Assembly: GCF_963921235.1 (NCBI RefSeq)
Contig: NC_086097.1
Location: forward strand, 71,426,001-71,490,000
Origin: Mobula hypostoma
Lineage: Eukaryota
Length of the DNA stretch: 64,000 nt
Direction of reading: 5' to 3'
Notes under the pieces: generated by a model
Told to the model about the DNA's origin: nothing
Databases searched by the model: none
The model's input: only the letters and a program-made list of their open reading frames with translations
Program-made: the position numbers and the translations under genes
Shown: one piece after another, positions 12,141 through 25,580 of the stretch
How the letters are laid out: the number at the start of each line of letters is the position of its first letter
Position numbering within the stretch: position 1 is the first letter of the stretch

Positions 12141-13469
12141 TATTTCCAAATCAGAATGGGGCATGACTGGGTGGGAACCTATAATTGATAGTATTTCCAT
12201 GTGCTTCCTGCTTTAGTTCTTTTTTGAGGCAGAGTTCACATTTTTAGGAGGTGCTTCTGGAGAGGTTAAGGACAGTAGTGTCAGATCATTCTGTGGATGG
12301 CTCCGACTGCAGCCACTAAGCCCTTGTAATGGACGGAATAAATGTTTTGAGTGGTTGATGGGATGCCCATCAAGTGGGCTGCTTTATTTAGAGTTGTAGC
12401 TGTATTCATCCAATCACCTGGAATGCATTCCATCAGCTCTTGGCTTGTGCCTTGTAAATGGAACATTTAGGGGAAGAATCACAAGATAATCAATCCTTGA
12501 TCTGATCTTGTACCCACAGCATTGACATGGTTGATTCAGCCAAAGCTTCTGGTCAATTCTGATCCCCAGGTTGGTGACAATGGAGCTTCTGGCACAAGAT
12601 AATATGAGGTTACCTAAATAAAAGAAATGAAGAAAAATACAATATACCACTTGAGATCTTGGAAAGTATTTTAAAACATGCTGGAGACAAGGAATATGTC
12701 TTAACAACACACACAAAATGCTGGAGGAACACAGAGGGCCAGACAGCATCTATGGAAAAAAGTACAGTCAACGTTTGAGGCCTTGACACTTCGGCAGGAA
12801 TATATCTGTCCCATTTTTCGTCTTTCTGTCTGTTGCCTCCTGCTCTGGTAAAACAAGGCTCAATGCAGGTTTGAGGAATAGCATTTCATGTTCCACGCAG
12901 TCTTCCAGGTTCAATATTAAATTATCCAATTTGAGGTAACTCACTCTTTCAGTTTATATCTGAAAGGAACATTTCTGCCTGTTATCATTGTGGCTGAGGT
13001 TCCTTAAAAATCTTTTTAATTAGTATAGTCTGGCCTGTGGAGCATATTTTACAGCCTGGCTATTAGCAATACAATACAGACAAAGGAGACTAATTTGATA
13101 CTACCTGCTCTATTAGTTCATTTGGTCTAGCCCTAGAAGAGATGCTGCATTGTAGAACCAAACCATCTCCCAGCATTTTTTTTACCAAATTGTTTTCTCT
13201 CTTTCTCAATTATAACCATGAATTTTTGATCTGAAACATCCACTATATCTCTTTCTACCCACACTGCCTAACCTGCTGATTGTTTTCAATATTTTCTAAC
13301 TTTGTTTAAGATTTCCAGTTTCTACAATTGTTTTTTTTATTTATATTACTGGATAAAGTGGTTGCATTGTAGAGTTTGTGGTGAAGATTTAGAAATCCCT
13401 ATTAAAACTAAGGAGATAAATCAGCATCAAATTTACAAGACTTGTACTTGAGGATTTGAACGGCCAGAT

Positions 13470-13753
13470 TTGGGAACAGCTTCTTTCTAACTGTGATAAG
13501 ACTGCTGAACGGATCCTGACCCGGATCAGGGCCGTACCCTCCAAATATCCGGACCTGCCTCTTTGTTTTTTTGCACTACCTTACTTTCCATTTTTCTATT
13601 TTCTATTTATGATTTATAATTTAAATTTTTAATATTTACTATCGATTTGTAATCCAGGGAGTGGGAAGAGCAGAATCAAATATTGCCGTGATGGTTGTAC
13701 GTTCTAGTATCAATTGTTTGGTGACAATAAAATATAAAGTAAGTAAAGTAAGT
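13470..13753 (+). mobile_element. Rex1/Babar-like LINE 3' end
   Basis: AACAGCTTCTTT....TGTGATAAGACTGCTGAAC ORF-end motif, then GACAATAAA and a (TAAAG/TAAG)n tail. Confidence 0.55.
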
Positions 13754-14391
13754 AATTAACAATCTCCTTAATTACTTAGATCTGTGTTATCAAGTTCCAT
13801 TAAAAATCTTCCAGTTACTTTTTGTAAAAGAGGCAGAAACAGAATATTTTTCATTTACAGTTATATTTTCTAATTTTACCTTTTAAAGTATTTCAATGAA
13901 ACAAATATTTCTGCACAAAAATGTGTAAAATATTAAGTTCAAATATGTTTATGTTTATATTGACCATTATCAAACAGCATGTCTTTACACTGTGTGAACA
14001 GTAGACACATTATCTTCTGCATATATTAATAGATAGAACCTTCATGTCAAAATGTACATTATGTGCTGACTGCTTTAAGAACTACAAAGAAAATTTCATC
14101 CTTTAGGTTTGCTGTGTAAAAACAGTTTGTCTCATTATGCAGTTTGTTCTCTAAAGGTGGCAGAAAAAACTATTCAAAAGGTTAATATTTGCATTGCCTC
14201 TGTCTGTTGTCGAGCTATCTCCATTCCATAAAGCTTTGCATTTAACTAACATGTGTGAAAATAGCTGTTCTATTCAGGTTTACAGTATAGGGAATAGTAT
14301 TTCAATGCTAAATGCCAGATAAATTCTATTCATCCATCAAGCATAAATGATTTCAGAGCACTTTAAAATCCACAGCATGACATGTACCTAC

Positions 14392-14473
14392 CTTGCCTTG
14401 ACAATGTTCTAGTTCTTTCAGAATCCCTATTGTCCTAATATTCATAAGCCAGTTGTAGCACTGTTCAACATTG
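14392..14473 (-). CDS. Candidate internal coding exon of an unidentified host gene (NVEQCYNWLMNIRTIGILKELEHCQGK)
   Basis: Acceptor cattcattttacag, then 82 nt open in one frame, then donor AAG|gtaggt. Phase 2 in, phase 0 out, in a non-repetitive AT-rich context. Confidence 0.55.
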
Positions 14474-16303
14474 CTGTAAAATGAATGATTTTCAAACCGC
14501 TAAATAATGATAAAATTTGCACATTGCCTGCTAAGTGACTTTTGTAACAATTGTGTGACAATTTCTGAAATATAAACCATTCAAAATCGCTCGATTTTAT
14601 TTGACTTGCACATTGGGGAACAGTTTTTTTTATAAAGAATAAGCCTATTTTATAGAAAATTAAAAGCAAAATATTTAACGTGTTCAAAAATAACTACATT
14701 TTTTTATTTGCTTCATTCTTCAGGAAGAATAGAGCTACTATTTAAATGTACAAACAAATAATATATTAAGCGTTAGCGGGCGATGATAACACACTACATT
14801 GCGGTGCCATCTTTTAATCTTTTGGGTTTGAATCTACAATTAATAATCTGAGAGTCTAGTGAATTTAAAAGGGATTTATTTGAAACTAGTTCTTAATATC
14901 ATTAATGTGCCACAGTATCATGTTGTAGCAATGTCTCAATTTAGTTCTTTATTAAGACTTCTAAATAGGCACATTTTTACTGGGCAACCATAAAGATACT
15001 CAATACACTTCAGAAATTAAATTGGGATGAATTTGTTACAGAAAAATTATGAAGTGTATTCTTTGTAACTCAGCACTCCTGTGCAGACTCTTGACATACA
15101 ACCAATCAAGAGACCATTTTACTCAGGTACAAACCATGAGCATACCTACTCGATCTGTAAATTAATTACTATTTATTCAATTTGTTCGAACACTCTGAGA
15201 AATCTATACCCCATACTATCATTTTTATCTTCTAAGTATTATTTGCTAGCAGTTGGTACATTGGTTTATTATTGTCACATATAAACCAATCAAAATCAGT
15301 GTACAGTGAGGTACAATGAAAAGTTTATTTTGATTACCGTCGAGACAAATCATTTCATTCTGACCGTGCATTGACATACTATAAGGCAAAACGATAACAG
15401 AATGCAGAATGAAGTGTCACAGTTTCAGAGAAAGTGTGATGCGGGTAGACAAGAAGGTACAAGGCCATGACAAGGTAGATTATAGATCAACAGTCCATTT
15501 TATTGTATAAAAGGTCTGCTCAATAGACATCACAGCAGGATAGAAACTGTCCTTGAGCCTGGTGGTAGATGATTATAGGCCTTTGTATCTTCTGCCCAAT
15601 GGAAGAGAGAATGTTCAGGGTGGGTTGGGTCATTGATTAAGTTGGCAGCTTTACTAAGGTAGCGAAGCGTTGATTGTAATAGAAGGGAGGCTGTTTTTTT
15701 AGTGATGTGGTGAGCTGTGTTGACAACTCTCTTCAGTTTCTTGCAGTCACAGGCAGAGCACTTGCCATACCAAACCGTGATGCATCCAGATGGGATGCTT
15801 TCTCTGGTGCACTGATGAAAATTGGTGAGGGTCAAAGGATGCATGCCAAGTTTCTTTAGCCGCCTGAGGATGTAGTGGTGCAGGTGAGCTTTACTGGTCA
15901 TGGCATCAATGGAGTTGGAACAGGACAGGCTATTGGTGATGTTTACTCCTAGAAACTCAAAGCTCTGAATGCTTTCAACCTCAGCACTGTTGATGTAGAC
16001 AGGAGCACGTGCACTTCTCTCCTTCCTAAAGTCAGTGACCAGTTCTTTTATTTGCCGACATTGTGGAAGCAGTTGTTGTCATGACACCAGGTTTCTAAGT
16101 TCTCTATCTCCTTATGGGGACTTAGTGTTATTTGAGATTCAGCCCACTATGGTGGTATTATCTGAAAACTTGTAGATGGAGTTAATGCAGAATTTTAGAG
16201 TATGTGTCTGAGGATGCAGCCCTCTTGTGCATCAGTTTGGACAACACACATCAAAGTTGCTGGTGAACGCAGCAGGTCAAGCAGCATCTATAGGAAGAGG
16301 CGC

Positions 16304-16339
16304 AGTCGACGTTTCAGGCCGAGACCCTTCGTCAGGACT
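16304..16339 (-). ncRNA. Minimal type-I hammerhead ribozyme
   Basis: AGUC CUGACGA AGGGUCUCGGCCU GAAA CGUC GACU, intact. Confidence 0.82.
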
Positions 16340-16632
16340 AACTGAAGGAAGAGTGAGTAAGGGATTTGAAAGCTGGAGGGGGAGGGGGAGATGCAAAATG
16401 ATAGGAGAAGACAGGAGGGGGAGGGATGGAGCCGAGAGCTGGACAGGTGATAGGCAAAAGGGGATACGAGAGGATCATGGGACAGGAGGCCTAGGGAGAA
16501 AGACGGGGGGGGGGTGACCCAGAGGATGGGCAAGAGGTATATTCAGAGGGACAGAGGGAGAAAAAGGAGAGTGAGAGAAATAATGTGTGCATAAAAAGGA
16601 GTAACAGCTGGGGTACGAGGGGGAGGTGGGGC

Positions 16633-16959
16633 CTAGCGGAAGTTAGAGAAGTCAATGTTCATGCCATCAGGTTGGAGGCTACCCAGACGGAATATAAGGT
16701 GTTGTTCCTCCAACCTGAGTGTGGCTTCATCTTTACAGTAGAGGAGGCCGTGGATAGATATGTCAGAATGGGAATGGGATGTGGAATTAAAATGTGTGGC
16801 CACTGGGAGATCCTGCTTTCTCTGGCGGACAGAGCGTAGATGTTCAGCAAAGCGGTCTCCCAGTCTGCGTCGGGTCTTGCCAATATATAAAAGGCCACAT
16901 CGGGAACACCGGACGCAGTATATCACCCCAGTCGACTCACAGGTGAAGTGTTGCTTCAC
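16633..16959 (-). pseudogene. PLE GIY-YIG endonuclease domain fragment
   Basis: VIY...YIG motif with CxxC, plus the conserved R, H, E and N residues of PLE endonucleases. Confidence 0.85.
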
Positions 16960-19900
16960 CTGGAAGGACTGTTTGGGGCCCTGAATGGTGGCAAGGGAGG
17001 AAGTGTAAGGGCATGTGTAGCACTTGTTCCGCTTACACGGATAAGTGCCAGGAGGGAGATCAGTGGGGAGAGATCAGTTTGGAGATGGATTTGCTTGGAT
17101 TTACAGTATCGTTGAAGGCAGAGCTGTAGTCAAGGCATTAGCGTATGTATCTTTACTGCCCAGATGCTTCAAAGATGGTGTCCGCCATAGACCTGTTTCA
17201 GCAGTAGGTGAATTGAAGAGGAACAAGGATGTCAGGGATGCGAGCCATGACCCACTTCTCCTAGCACTTCATAATGGAGGATATCAGAGGCAGCAGGTAG
17301 TAGTCATTAAGGTTCATTACCTTGTTTTTCTTAGGTACTGGGATGATAGTAGTGTTAATACAGGTAGGAACCTCAGAATGAAACAGTGAGAGTTTAAAAA
17401 CATCTGCAATCACCTCTACCAGCTGATCTACTCAAGATGTAAGGACACAGCGAGTGATGGTGACCAGGCCAGATGCTTTCCATGAGTTCGCTCTCCGGAA
17501 GACTGATCTTGCATCTGCAATGCTGACTCGGAATCGAGGTGCATTGGTAGCTGTCAGGGCAGGTGTGACATTCCAATCCTCTTCTGTTCAAAATATGGAC
17601 AGACTGTGTTGAGCTCACTGGGGAAGGATGCATTGTTGTCAGTAATGCTGCCTGACATTGTTTCGTGGTACATTATAGCAACGGTTGCACTGATCTGGGA
17701 CTCAATTTTGGACAAGTTTTGTCTATTGGCATCTAGGAGAGCTTTACAGACACCATATCTTGATTTATTTTGTAAATATCAGGGCCATCTGACTTTTGAA
17801 CACTGCAGTGCTTGACTTCAAGTAGAGAGTGGATCTCCTGGTTCATCCATGACTTTCTCTTTGTGAACACCTGGACTGTCGTCTTTGATGCACAGTTTTG
17901 AACACACTTGCTGATAAAGTCCATGACAATGGGGACATACTTAAATTGGCTACTGAGTCTTTGAGCAGGGACCAGTCTACTGACTCCAAGTAATTGCGTG
18001 GAAACTCATCTATTTCCTCAGACCAGCACTGTACAACTTTCTGTTCTGGAGCCTCCCATTTCAGCTTCTGTTTGTATGCAGGGAGAAGGAGCACAAACTG
18101 ATAGTCTCATTTACCAAAGTGTAGGAGGGGAGTAGGTGTGTTCGGTTGTGTAGCAATAGTCAAGGGGGTATTTGGGCCCCGGGTGGGACAGGTGACATGC
18201 TGGTAGTATTTTGCCCACTCTTGAAGATGGCCTAGCTGAAGTCACCGATTACTGTGCTTAAATACTCTGGGTATCCTGTTTCATGATGATCATGGAGTAT
18301 ATTTCATTGCATACAGGCTTCATGTCTACCTGGGGTGGAATGTAGACACCTGTCAGCATAGCTGAAGTGAACTCCTAAGGCAGCTAATATCTAACTATTA
18401 GATATTCCAAGTTGGAACTCCAAACATGCAGATTTTAATTTGGTTAATGCTGAATGTTACCTCAACATTTGCAAATTTATTTTAGTTTTTTATCTTTAAC
18501 AAAGCTTATAATGAAAATTACTCGGTTACTGTACACACAGAAAAAATGTTGCTTATCAAAATTAATAATTTTTCATTGTAGCATGCCTATCTTAAAATAA
18601 CATTAGCAATGCAAAGCATGAGCCATTGTCCATGAAAAAAATAAAGAGATGAAATGTTTACAAGTAACAGAGAAATTCAAATAAAGGCATATCTGCCAGG
18701 ATACTATCTTAAAAAGAAAAGCTTTTTAATGTGAAAATATTTTGTTGCCAGCATTTAACGGAATTTGTTCAGAGATTCTTTTATTAAAATTTAATGAATA
18801 ACATAAACTTCAAATGTATTAAATGGTGCAGTAAGTTCTCCTCAAAGTAGTGCTCAACTGTATTAATGGAGATGAACATCAGTTTGCATACCAATTTATG
18901 GCTTGCACATACAATTCCAGGTTTTTATGTCTCATAAAAATGATTTTTTTTAGGTAGGTTTCCACCACCTTTTCAACACCACATCAAGTTCATTGCTCAG
19001 TATAGTAAAAGGACCACAAGACCATAAGCCATTGGAGCAGAATTAGGCCATTCAGCCCATCGAATCTGCTCTGCCATTCGATCATGGTTGATCTCTGATC
19101 CTACTCAACCAACACAATACTCTCCTATAAGACCACAAGACAAAGGACAAATTGATGTTTCATAGGACTCGATGGTTGTGTGACTCTTCTTCACATTCAT
19201 GTGCTTAATTTAGAACTGGGAACTAGAAGCACAATTTCAAAATTAGCAGTCTGTAGTTTTTGCCAGCATTGAGAAGAACTTCTCAGTGTTAGCAAAAAAC
19301 TATGAAAAGACATTAGTAGATTTTCAGAATAGATGTGCAACTAGCTCTTAAAGTACTATATAGGAAAATGCAATAATGCAAAAATGCAATATAGGAAAAT
19401 GCTAAGAGTGGGAGATGATCTGATGGTTAGCTGATGTGAGTCTTTGAGATTTTAAAAGGGTTTGCTAGGATTAATGCAGAGCAAAAGCTCTGTTTCTGGG
19501 CTAAACCAGACTAATGGGCCGTTATGATAAAATAGGCAGTTATAAGTACAATAAGGAAGAAGTTCCCAAAGTTTTTTTAAGGTAGCACCCTTCAGAATGA
19601 TTTCACTTTTTATATCATTATGTCATCTCTCAAAAATTACAAACATTGAATAAAATACTGTTTTGACAATGACGCCATCCCCTGGCTACACCCCGCGCCC
19701 AAATGCTGCCTGCCTCAAAGTTTGAAAACCTATGGAAACAGAAAAATATGGATAAATATATACCAAATGTAATTCAAGGAAGTATACTACTGATCCTAGT
19801 TTGAGGGGGTCTTCTAGAATACTGTGTATACCTTTGCATGTAGAGTCAGAGTCAAGTTCAAAGTTCACGTTTATTATTAAAGTATTTATACCGTATACAA

Positions 19901-20369
19901 CCTTGAGACTCACCTTCTTGCAAAGCAAATAAATAGAATTCACTATACAACACACACACAACTGCCACTTATCCAATTTGCAGAAGAGGACAAATAGCAC
20001 AAATAGTTTAAAAAAACTAAACAAAAACACACGGAACACGAAGTGCAGTGTCACTGAAAGTGAGTCCACAGCTGCTGAGGCAACTGAAGCCCATCCAGGA
20101 GCCCGATAACTGCTCCCGAACCTTTCAGCATGGGACCCAAGACTCCTGCACCTCCTGCCCGATGATGGCAGTGAGAAGAGAGGGAGGCCAGTCCAACGCA
20201 GGCAGACAGCACTGAACACCTGTTCATTTGCCGCTCTTGTCCTTGATGAACTTAATTGTGCTTGTCACTTTCATTGGCATAGAGTAATGAAGCAGACCAG
20301 GGGTTCATCTTCCATTGTCAGCTGTCAATTCAGCGCCCACCCCCAGCGATGGCCGTCCCAGAAAAAGCA

Positions 20370-21690
20370 CAGAAACAGGCCATTCGACTAATCTAGTCCA
20401 TGACAGACTGTTATTCTGCCTAGTCCCATTGACTTGCACTCCATACCCCTTCCATCCATATACGTATTCAAACTTCCCTTAAATGTTGATATCAAACCCA
20501 CCTCCACTATTTCTGTTGCTGCCCATTCCACCTTCTCACTACCCTCTGAGTGAAGACGTTCCCCCCTCAGGTTGATCTGAAATATTTCACCTTTCACTCA
20601 GCCTCAGCAGAAAAAAGTCTGTTTGCACTTAAACCATCTATACTCCTTATAATTTTGTATACCTCTATCAAATCTCCTCTCATGTTCTAAGGAATAAAGT
20701 TCTAACCCATTTAACCTTTCCCTATAACTTAGGTCCTCAATAACCAATGTGACGAAAAACCAAGTTATCAGAAGATTGATGCTGATGAGAGATATAAGAG
20801 AGACAAATGGAGAAACGTTCAAAATGTTAATGAGAAAGAAGAGAGATTAACGAAAAGAGACACAGTTCTGAGTATTGACAGACCGGTTGCTTTGAACCTG
20901 AACTGTTTGAAGTTTGATGGGCAGGCGATACCCCAGCAGGGGGATAAAAGGAACAGGTTCGCTAAGGCACGACACACACCACGAGATCACGATATAACGA
21001 GACCCTGGAAGAGCGGTGTGCCACCACAAGTTGGTGGAAGTTTAGAGGTCTGGTTGCGGGAACATACCATAGATGCACAGGGTGAAAAGGTATGATCGGC
21101 AGGAACCTGGTGTGTGTGTCCGCCCTTGCCTGGGTGCTGGGTTCACCGCGGAAGAACCCTCATATCTGGAACAGAGGGGTCACAGTCGGTGATCACAGAA
21201 GACGTAAAAAGGTTCGCCCGAAAGCTAACTGCGAAGAACAAAGGTCTGTGTGAATCAGAATTTGCATATTATCTCTCTCTCTCCAACGGCACAACAGCGA
21301 TTACTGAGAACTGTACTAAGCTGAACTGAACTCTGCATCACTTGAGACTGATCATTTTACCCCTAGACTGCGATAGAGCTTGATTGATTCCTATTATCCT
21401 AGTTCTGTGTACATGTGTGTTTTATCATTGCTAAGCTGTTGCATTTATATCCTTACGATTAGAGTACTATGTTACTTATTTCTTTAATAAAACTTTCTTA
21501 GTTCCAGTAATCCAGACTCCAACTAAGTGGTCCATTTCTGCTGGTTTGGCAATCCAGTCACGGGGTACGTAACACCAGCAAAATCCTTGTAAATTTTCTC
21601 CGTAGTCTTTCAACCTTATTGATATATTTCCTGCAGGTAGGTGACCAGAACTGCACACAATCTCCAAACTTGGCCCCACCAACACCAACT
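20370..21690 (-). mobile_element. CR1 3' fragment interrupted by a solo LTR
   Basis: EDLSYRERLNGLELYSLE and LEIVCSSGH remnants on either side of the LTR. Confidence 0.75.
20748..21574 (+). mobile_element. Solo LTR (827 bp)
   Basis: TGTGACG...CGTAACA inverted termini, near-TSD CCAA/CCAG, TATA-like GATAAAAG at ~20943 and AATAAA at ~21486. It splits a contiguous CR1 sequence. Confidence 0.8.
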
Positions 21691-22915
21691 TCATGCATTT
21701 AAGGTGAGAGAGTTTAAGTTCAGAAGACATGTGAGGGGCAAGATTTTCTTTAAACACAAAGTGGAGGGTGCCTGGAATGTGCTGTCAGGGTGGTGGTAAA
21801 GGCAGATACATTAGGGACTTTTAAGAGATGCTTAGATAGGCAGGTGAAGGTGCGGAAAGTGAAAGTATATGAAGGTTGCATAGGCTGACAGGATTAGTTT
21901 AGATGACCATTTGATAATTTAATTAGTTCAGCACAACATTGTGAAAGTCCTGTTCCTGTGCTGTACTATACTGTGCTGTGTTCTTTATGTGCAATATTTC
22001 ATCTGAAGTCCAGGTGCATTGCCATGAGGGAGAAGGAAAGTGAAATTAAAGTCCCTCCCCCCGCCCCGTGTGTGCGGAAAGATAGACAGGAAAATAGAGC
22101 AGGGTAAAATAAAGCTAATGATATATCAAGTTATTATTACAAATCAGCACCTAGATGATTACAGAAAGTTCAGGCAGAAGTTAAAATAAAATAAGAGGGC
22201 AAAGAGAGAGCATCAGAAAAGGTCTGAAGCAAACATAAATGGGAATCCATGATATTCTACAGGAAGATGACCAAAAAAATATTGCAAGAGGAGAGGTCAA
22301 TCAAAGAAACAAAGGAAATGTTCTTATGAAGACAGAAGGCATTGCTGAAATTTTAAATGAGTATGTAACATCAGTCTTGACCAAGGAAGAGGCAGCTGCT
22401 GAAGTTTCAAAAAAGGAAGAGGTCGTTAACATTTACATTAGACTAACTGAGAAACCATAGATGTTGGAAAGGTCAGCTGCATCTAAAATGGATAATCACC
22501 TCATCTAGGTGGGATTCATCAATATTATGAACGGAAGTAACAGAGAAAATCTCAGAGGCCCATCAAGACATTTATAATTTTAGGGCCACTGCCAGAAAAT
22601 TTAAAAGGAGTATGGAGTAAACCTAGGAACAGAAATCTGTTTAAGTCTCGTGATGGGGCAAGTTCTTGAAATAAAAATCAGTAACAATTAACATGTGTGG
22701 ATGGATTGCATTGAATTTCCTTAAACATGACATATGTGATTGTAACTCGTTAGAGTTTTTAATGAAGAAACCATAGAGGGATGATGAAGAAATTACAGCT
22801 GATGTAGTGTATATGGACGTTCAAAAGAGTCAGTGAAGTGCCACATGAAAGGCTTGACAACACGATGGAATAAATAGAGCTGAAGAAAGAATACAAAAAA
22901 GTTGGCTAAGTAAAA

Positions 22916-23584
22916 GATTAGATTATGAGGACACAGTCCTCGTTTATTGTCATTTAGAAATGCATACATTAAGAAATGATACAATGTTCCTCCAGAGTGA
23001 TATCACAAAAGAAAGGACAAACCAAAGACTAACACTGACAAGACCACATAATTCTAACATATAGTTACAGTAGTGCAAAGCAATACCATAATTTGATAAA
23101 GAGCAGACCATAGGAACGGTAAAAAAAAGTCTCAAAGTTACGGTCGACTCCCGATAGTCCCCGATAGCAGGCGGCAGAAGGGAGAAACTCCCCCTGCCAA
23201 AAACCCCCAGGCACCGACAGCTGTCGATGCATTGGAAGTACCCAACTACAGCTGACTCTGAGTCCGTCCGAAAACTTCGAGCCTCCGACCAGCCCTCCGA
23301 CACTGAGCACCGAGCACCATCTCTGCTGAGCGCTTTGACCCCGTCCTCGCCGCTGAGCAACAAGCAAAGCCAAGGACTCGGGGCCTTCCCCCTCCGGAGA
23401 TTCTGGATCACACAGTATACGCAGCAGCGAAAAAGGCATTTCAGAAGTTTCTCCAGATGTTCCTCCATTCTCTCACGTCTGTCTCCATCAAATCAGGATT
23501 GTGCATGGCACCCTACTTGACAGATAACAGATATCATTCACCGGAGTGCCCGCGCAAACTGCATCGCGCCGCCATCTTCTCCTC
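22916..23584 (-). mobile_element. Non-autonomous LINE-mobilised (Rex1-like 3' end) element inside an old CR1
   Basis: The minus strand starts GAGGAAGATGGCGGCG (CpG-rich) and ends GACAATAAAC...TAATCTAATCT. Flanks at 22080-22915 and 23585-23650 are decayed CR1 ORF2. Confidence 0.55.
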
Positions 23585-23807
23585 AGAAGAAAAAGAGAAT
23601 AGAGGTTAAAGATCATTACTCCGGCCAGAGGAAAATGGACTGCAAGTTCTGTAAACAGAACAATATTTTGTTTCATTATCATCATCATCATCAGGTGCCA
23701 TGCCCAGTTTGAGCTTTGTTTGCCATGGCCCGCACATTCCTGTTTTGGGTCAAGTGGATCCATTCATTGGCATTCATTTCCAGTTCTCTGGCTGCTGTCT
23801 CCATCAT

Positions 23808-25366
23808 GACACACATAAAATGCTGGTGAATGCAGCAGGCCAGGCAGCATCTATAGGAAGAGATACAGCCGATGTTTCGGGCCAAGACCCTTCGTCAGGA
23901 CTAACTGAAAGAAGAGGTAGTAAGAGATTTGAAAGTGGGACGGTGGGGGGGGGGGAAGATCTGAAATGATTGGAGAAGACAGGAGAGGGTGAGATGGAGC
24001 TAAGAGCTAGAAAGTTGATTGGCAAAAGGGATACAAGGCTGGAGAATGGAGAGGATCCTGGGACGGGAAGCGTAGGGAGAAAGAAAGGGGGAAGGGAGCC
24101 CAGAGGATGGAGAGCAGGCAAGAAGTTATAGTGAGAGGGACAGAGGGAGAAAAAAGAGAGAGAGAAAAAAGGGAAAAAAATTACAATAATAAATAAATAA
24201 ATAAATAAATATATATAAACAAGTGATGGGGCATGAAGGGGAGGAGGGGCATTAATGGAAGTTAGAGAAGTCAATGTTCATGCCATCAGGTTGGAGGCTA
24301 CCCAGACAGAATATAAGGTGTTGTTCCCCCAACCTGAGTGTGGCTTCATCTTTACAGTAGAGGAGGCCATGGATAGACATATCAGAATGGGAATGGGACG
24401 TGGAATTAAAATGTGTGGTCACTGGGAGATCCTACTTTCTCTGGAGGACAGAGCGTAGGTGTTCAGCGAAACGGTCTCCCAGCCTGTGTCAGGTCTTGCC
24501 AATATAAAGAAGGCCACACTGGGAACACCAGACGCAGTATATCACCCCAGCCGATTCACAGGTGAAGTGTCGCCTCACCTGGAAGGACTGTCTGGGGCCC
24601 TGAATGGTGGTAAGGGAGGAAGTGTAAGGGCATGTGTAGCACTTGTTCCGCTTACAAGGAAAAGTGCTGGGAGGGAGATCGATGGGAAAGGATGGGGAAG
24701 GGGAAAGAATGGAAAAGGGAGTCACGTAGGCAGCGATCCCTGCGGAAAGCAGAAAGGTGGGGGGAGGGAAAGATGTGCTTAGTGGTGGGATCCCGTTGGA
24801 GGTGGCAGAAGTTACGGAGAATTATATGTTGGACCTGGAGGCTGGTGGGGTGGTAGGTGCGGACAAGGGGAACCCTATTCCTAGTGGGGTGGCGGGAGGA
24901 TGGAGTGAGAGTAGATGAGCGTGAAATGGGGGAGATGCGTTTGAGAGCAGAGTTAATGGTGGAGGAAAGGAAGCCCCTTTCTTTAAAAAAGGAGGACATC
25001 TCGTTCGTCCTGGAATGAAAAGCCTCATCCTGAGAGCAGATGCGGCGGAGATGGAGGAATTGTGAGAAGGGGATGGCATTTTTGCAAGAGACAGGGTGAG
25101 AAGAGGAATAGTCCAGATAGCTGTGAGAGTCAGTTGGCTTATAGTAGACATCAGTAGATAAGCTGTCTCCAGAGATAGAGACAGAAAGATCAAGAAAGGG
25201 GAGGGAGGTGTTGGAAATGGACCAGGTAAACTTGAGGGCAGAGTGAAAGTTGGAGGCAAATTTAATGGTCACATTCCACGTCCACGTCCCATTCCCAGCT
25301 GTGTTCACCAGCATTTTGTGTGTGTTACTTGAATTTCCAGCATCTGCAGATTTCCTCGTGTTTACA
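23808..25366 (-). mobile_element. 5'-truncated Penelope-like element with a short inverted terminal arm
   Basis: 10-bp TSD TCTCCATCAT at 23798-23807 and 25367-25376. RT thumb (LPFLDLSV..TDVYYKPTDSHSYLDYSSSHP) and GIY-YIG (VIYCVWCSQCGLLYIGKT). An inverted copy of the 3' repeat lies at ~25298-25364. Confidence 0.92.
23867..23902 (-). ncRNA. Hammerhead motif variant (GAAACAUC)
   Basis: AGUC CUGACGA A-GGG-UCUUGG-CCC GAAA CAUC GGCU. The core is intact but the stem III palindrome is disrupted. Confidence 0.6.
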
Positions 25367-25580
25367 TCTCCATCATCATTTGTCTTTGTCTTCCTCTTGC
25401 TTTCTTCCCTTCAACCTTTCCCATAACTACCGTGCATTCAAACTCCTCTTTCCTAATCACATGTCCAATGAAGTTATGTTGCCTTTTCATGATCTCCTAC
25501 ATTATTTCTCCTTTTGTTTTTGCTCTGTTCATGACATCCTCATTAGATATTCGTTTTGTTCATGATATTATTTGCATCCT

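Larger units (their letters stand above)
16242..17072 (-). mobile_element. 5'-truncated Penelope-like element with GIY-YIG endonuclease and hammerhead-bearing 3' repeat
   Basis: 11-bp TSD ATCAGTTTGGA at 16231-16241 and 17073-17083. ORF 16633-16959 reads FTCESTGVIYCVRCSRCGLLYIGKTRRRLGDRFAEH...RLEEQHLIFRL..LQPDGMN. Confidence 0.92.
15240..18420 (-). mobile_element. Decayed Rex1/Babar-like LINE (APE plus RT), interrupted by a PLE
   Basis: LRRLKKLG..LTNFHQCTRESIPSGCITVWYG (15530-15901), LLLPAYKQKLK and LESVDWS (17843-18094), and VYIPP and GDF endonuclease motifs at ~18240-18350. Confidence 0.8.
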
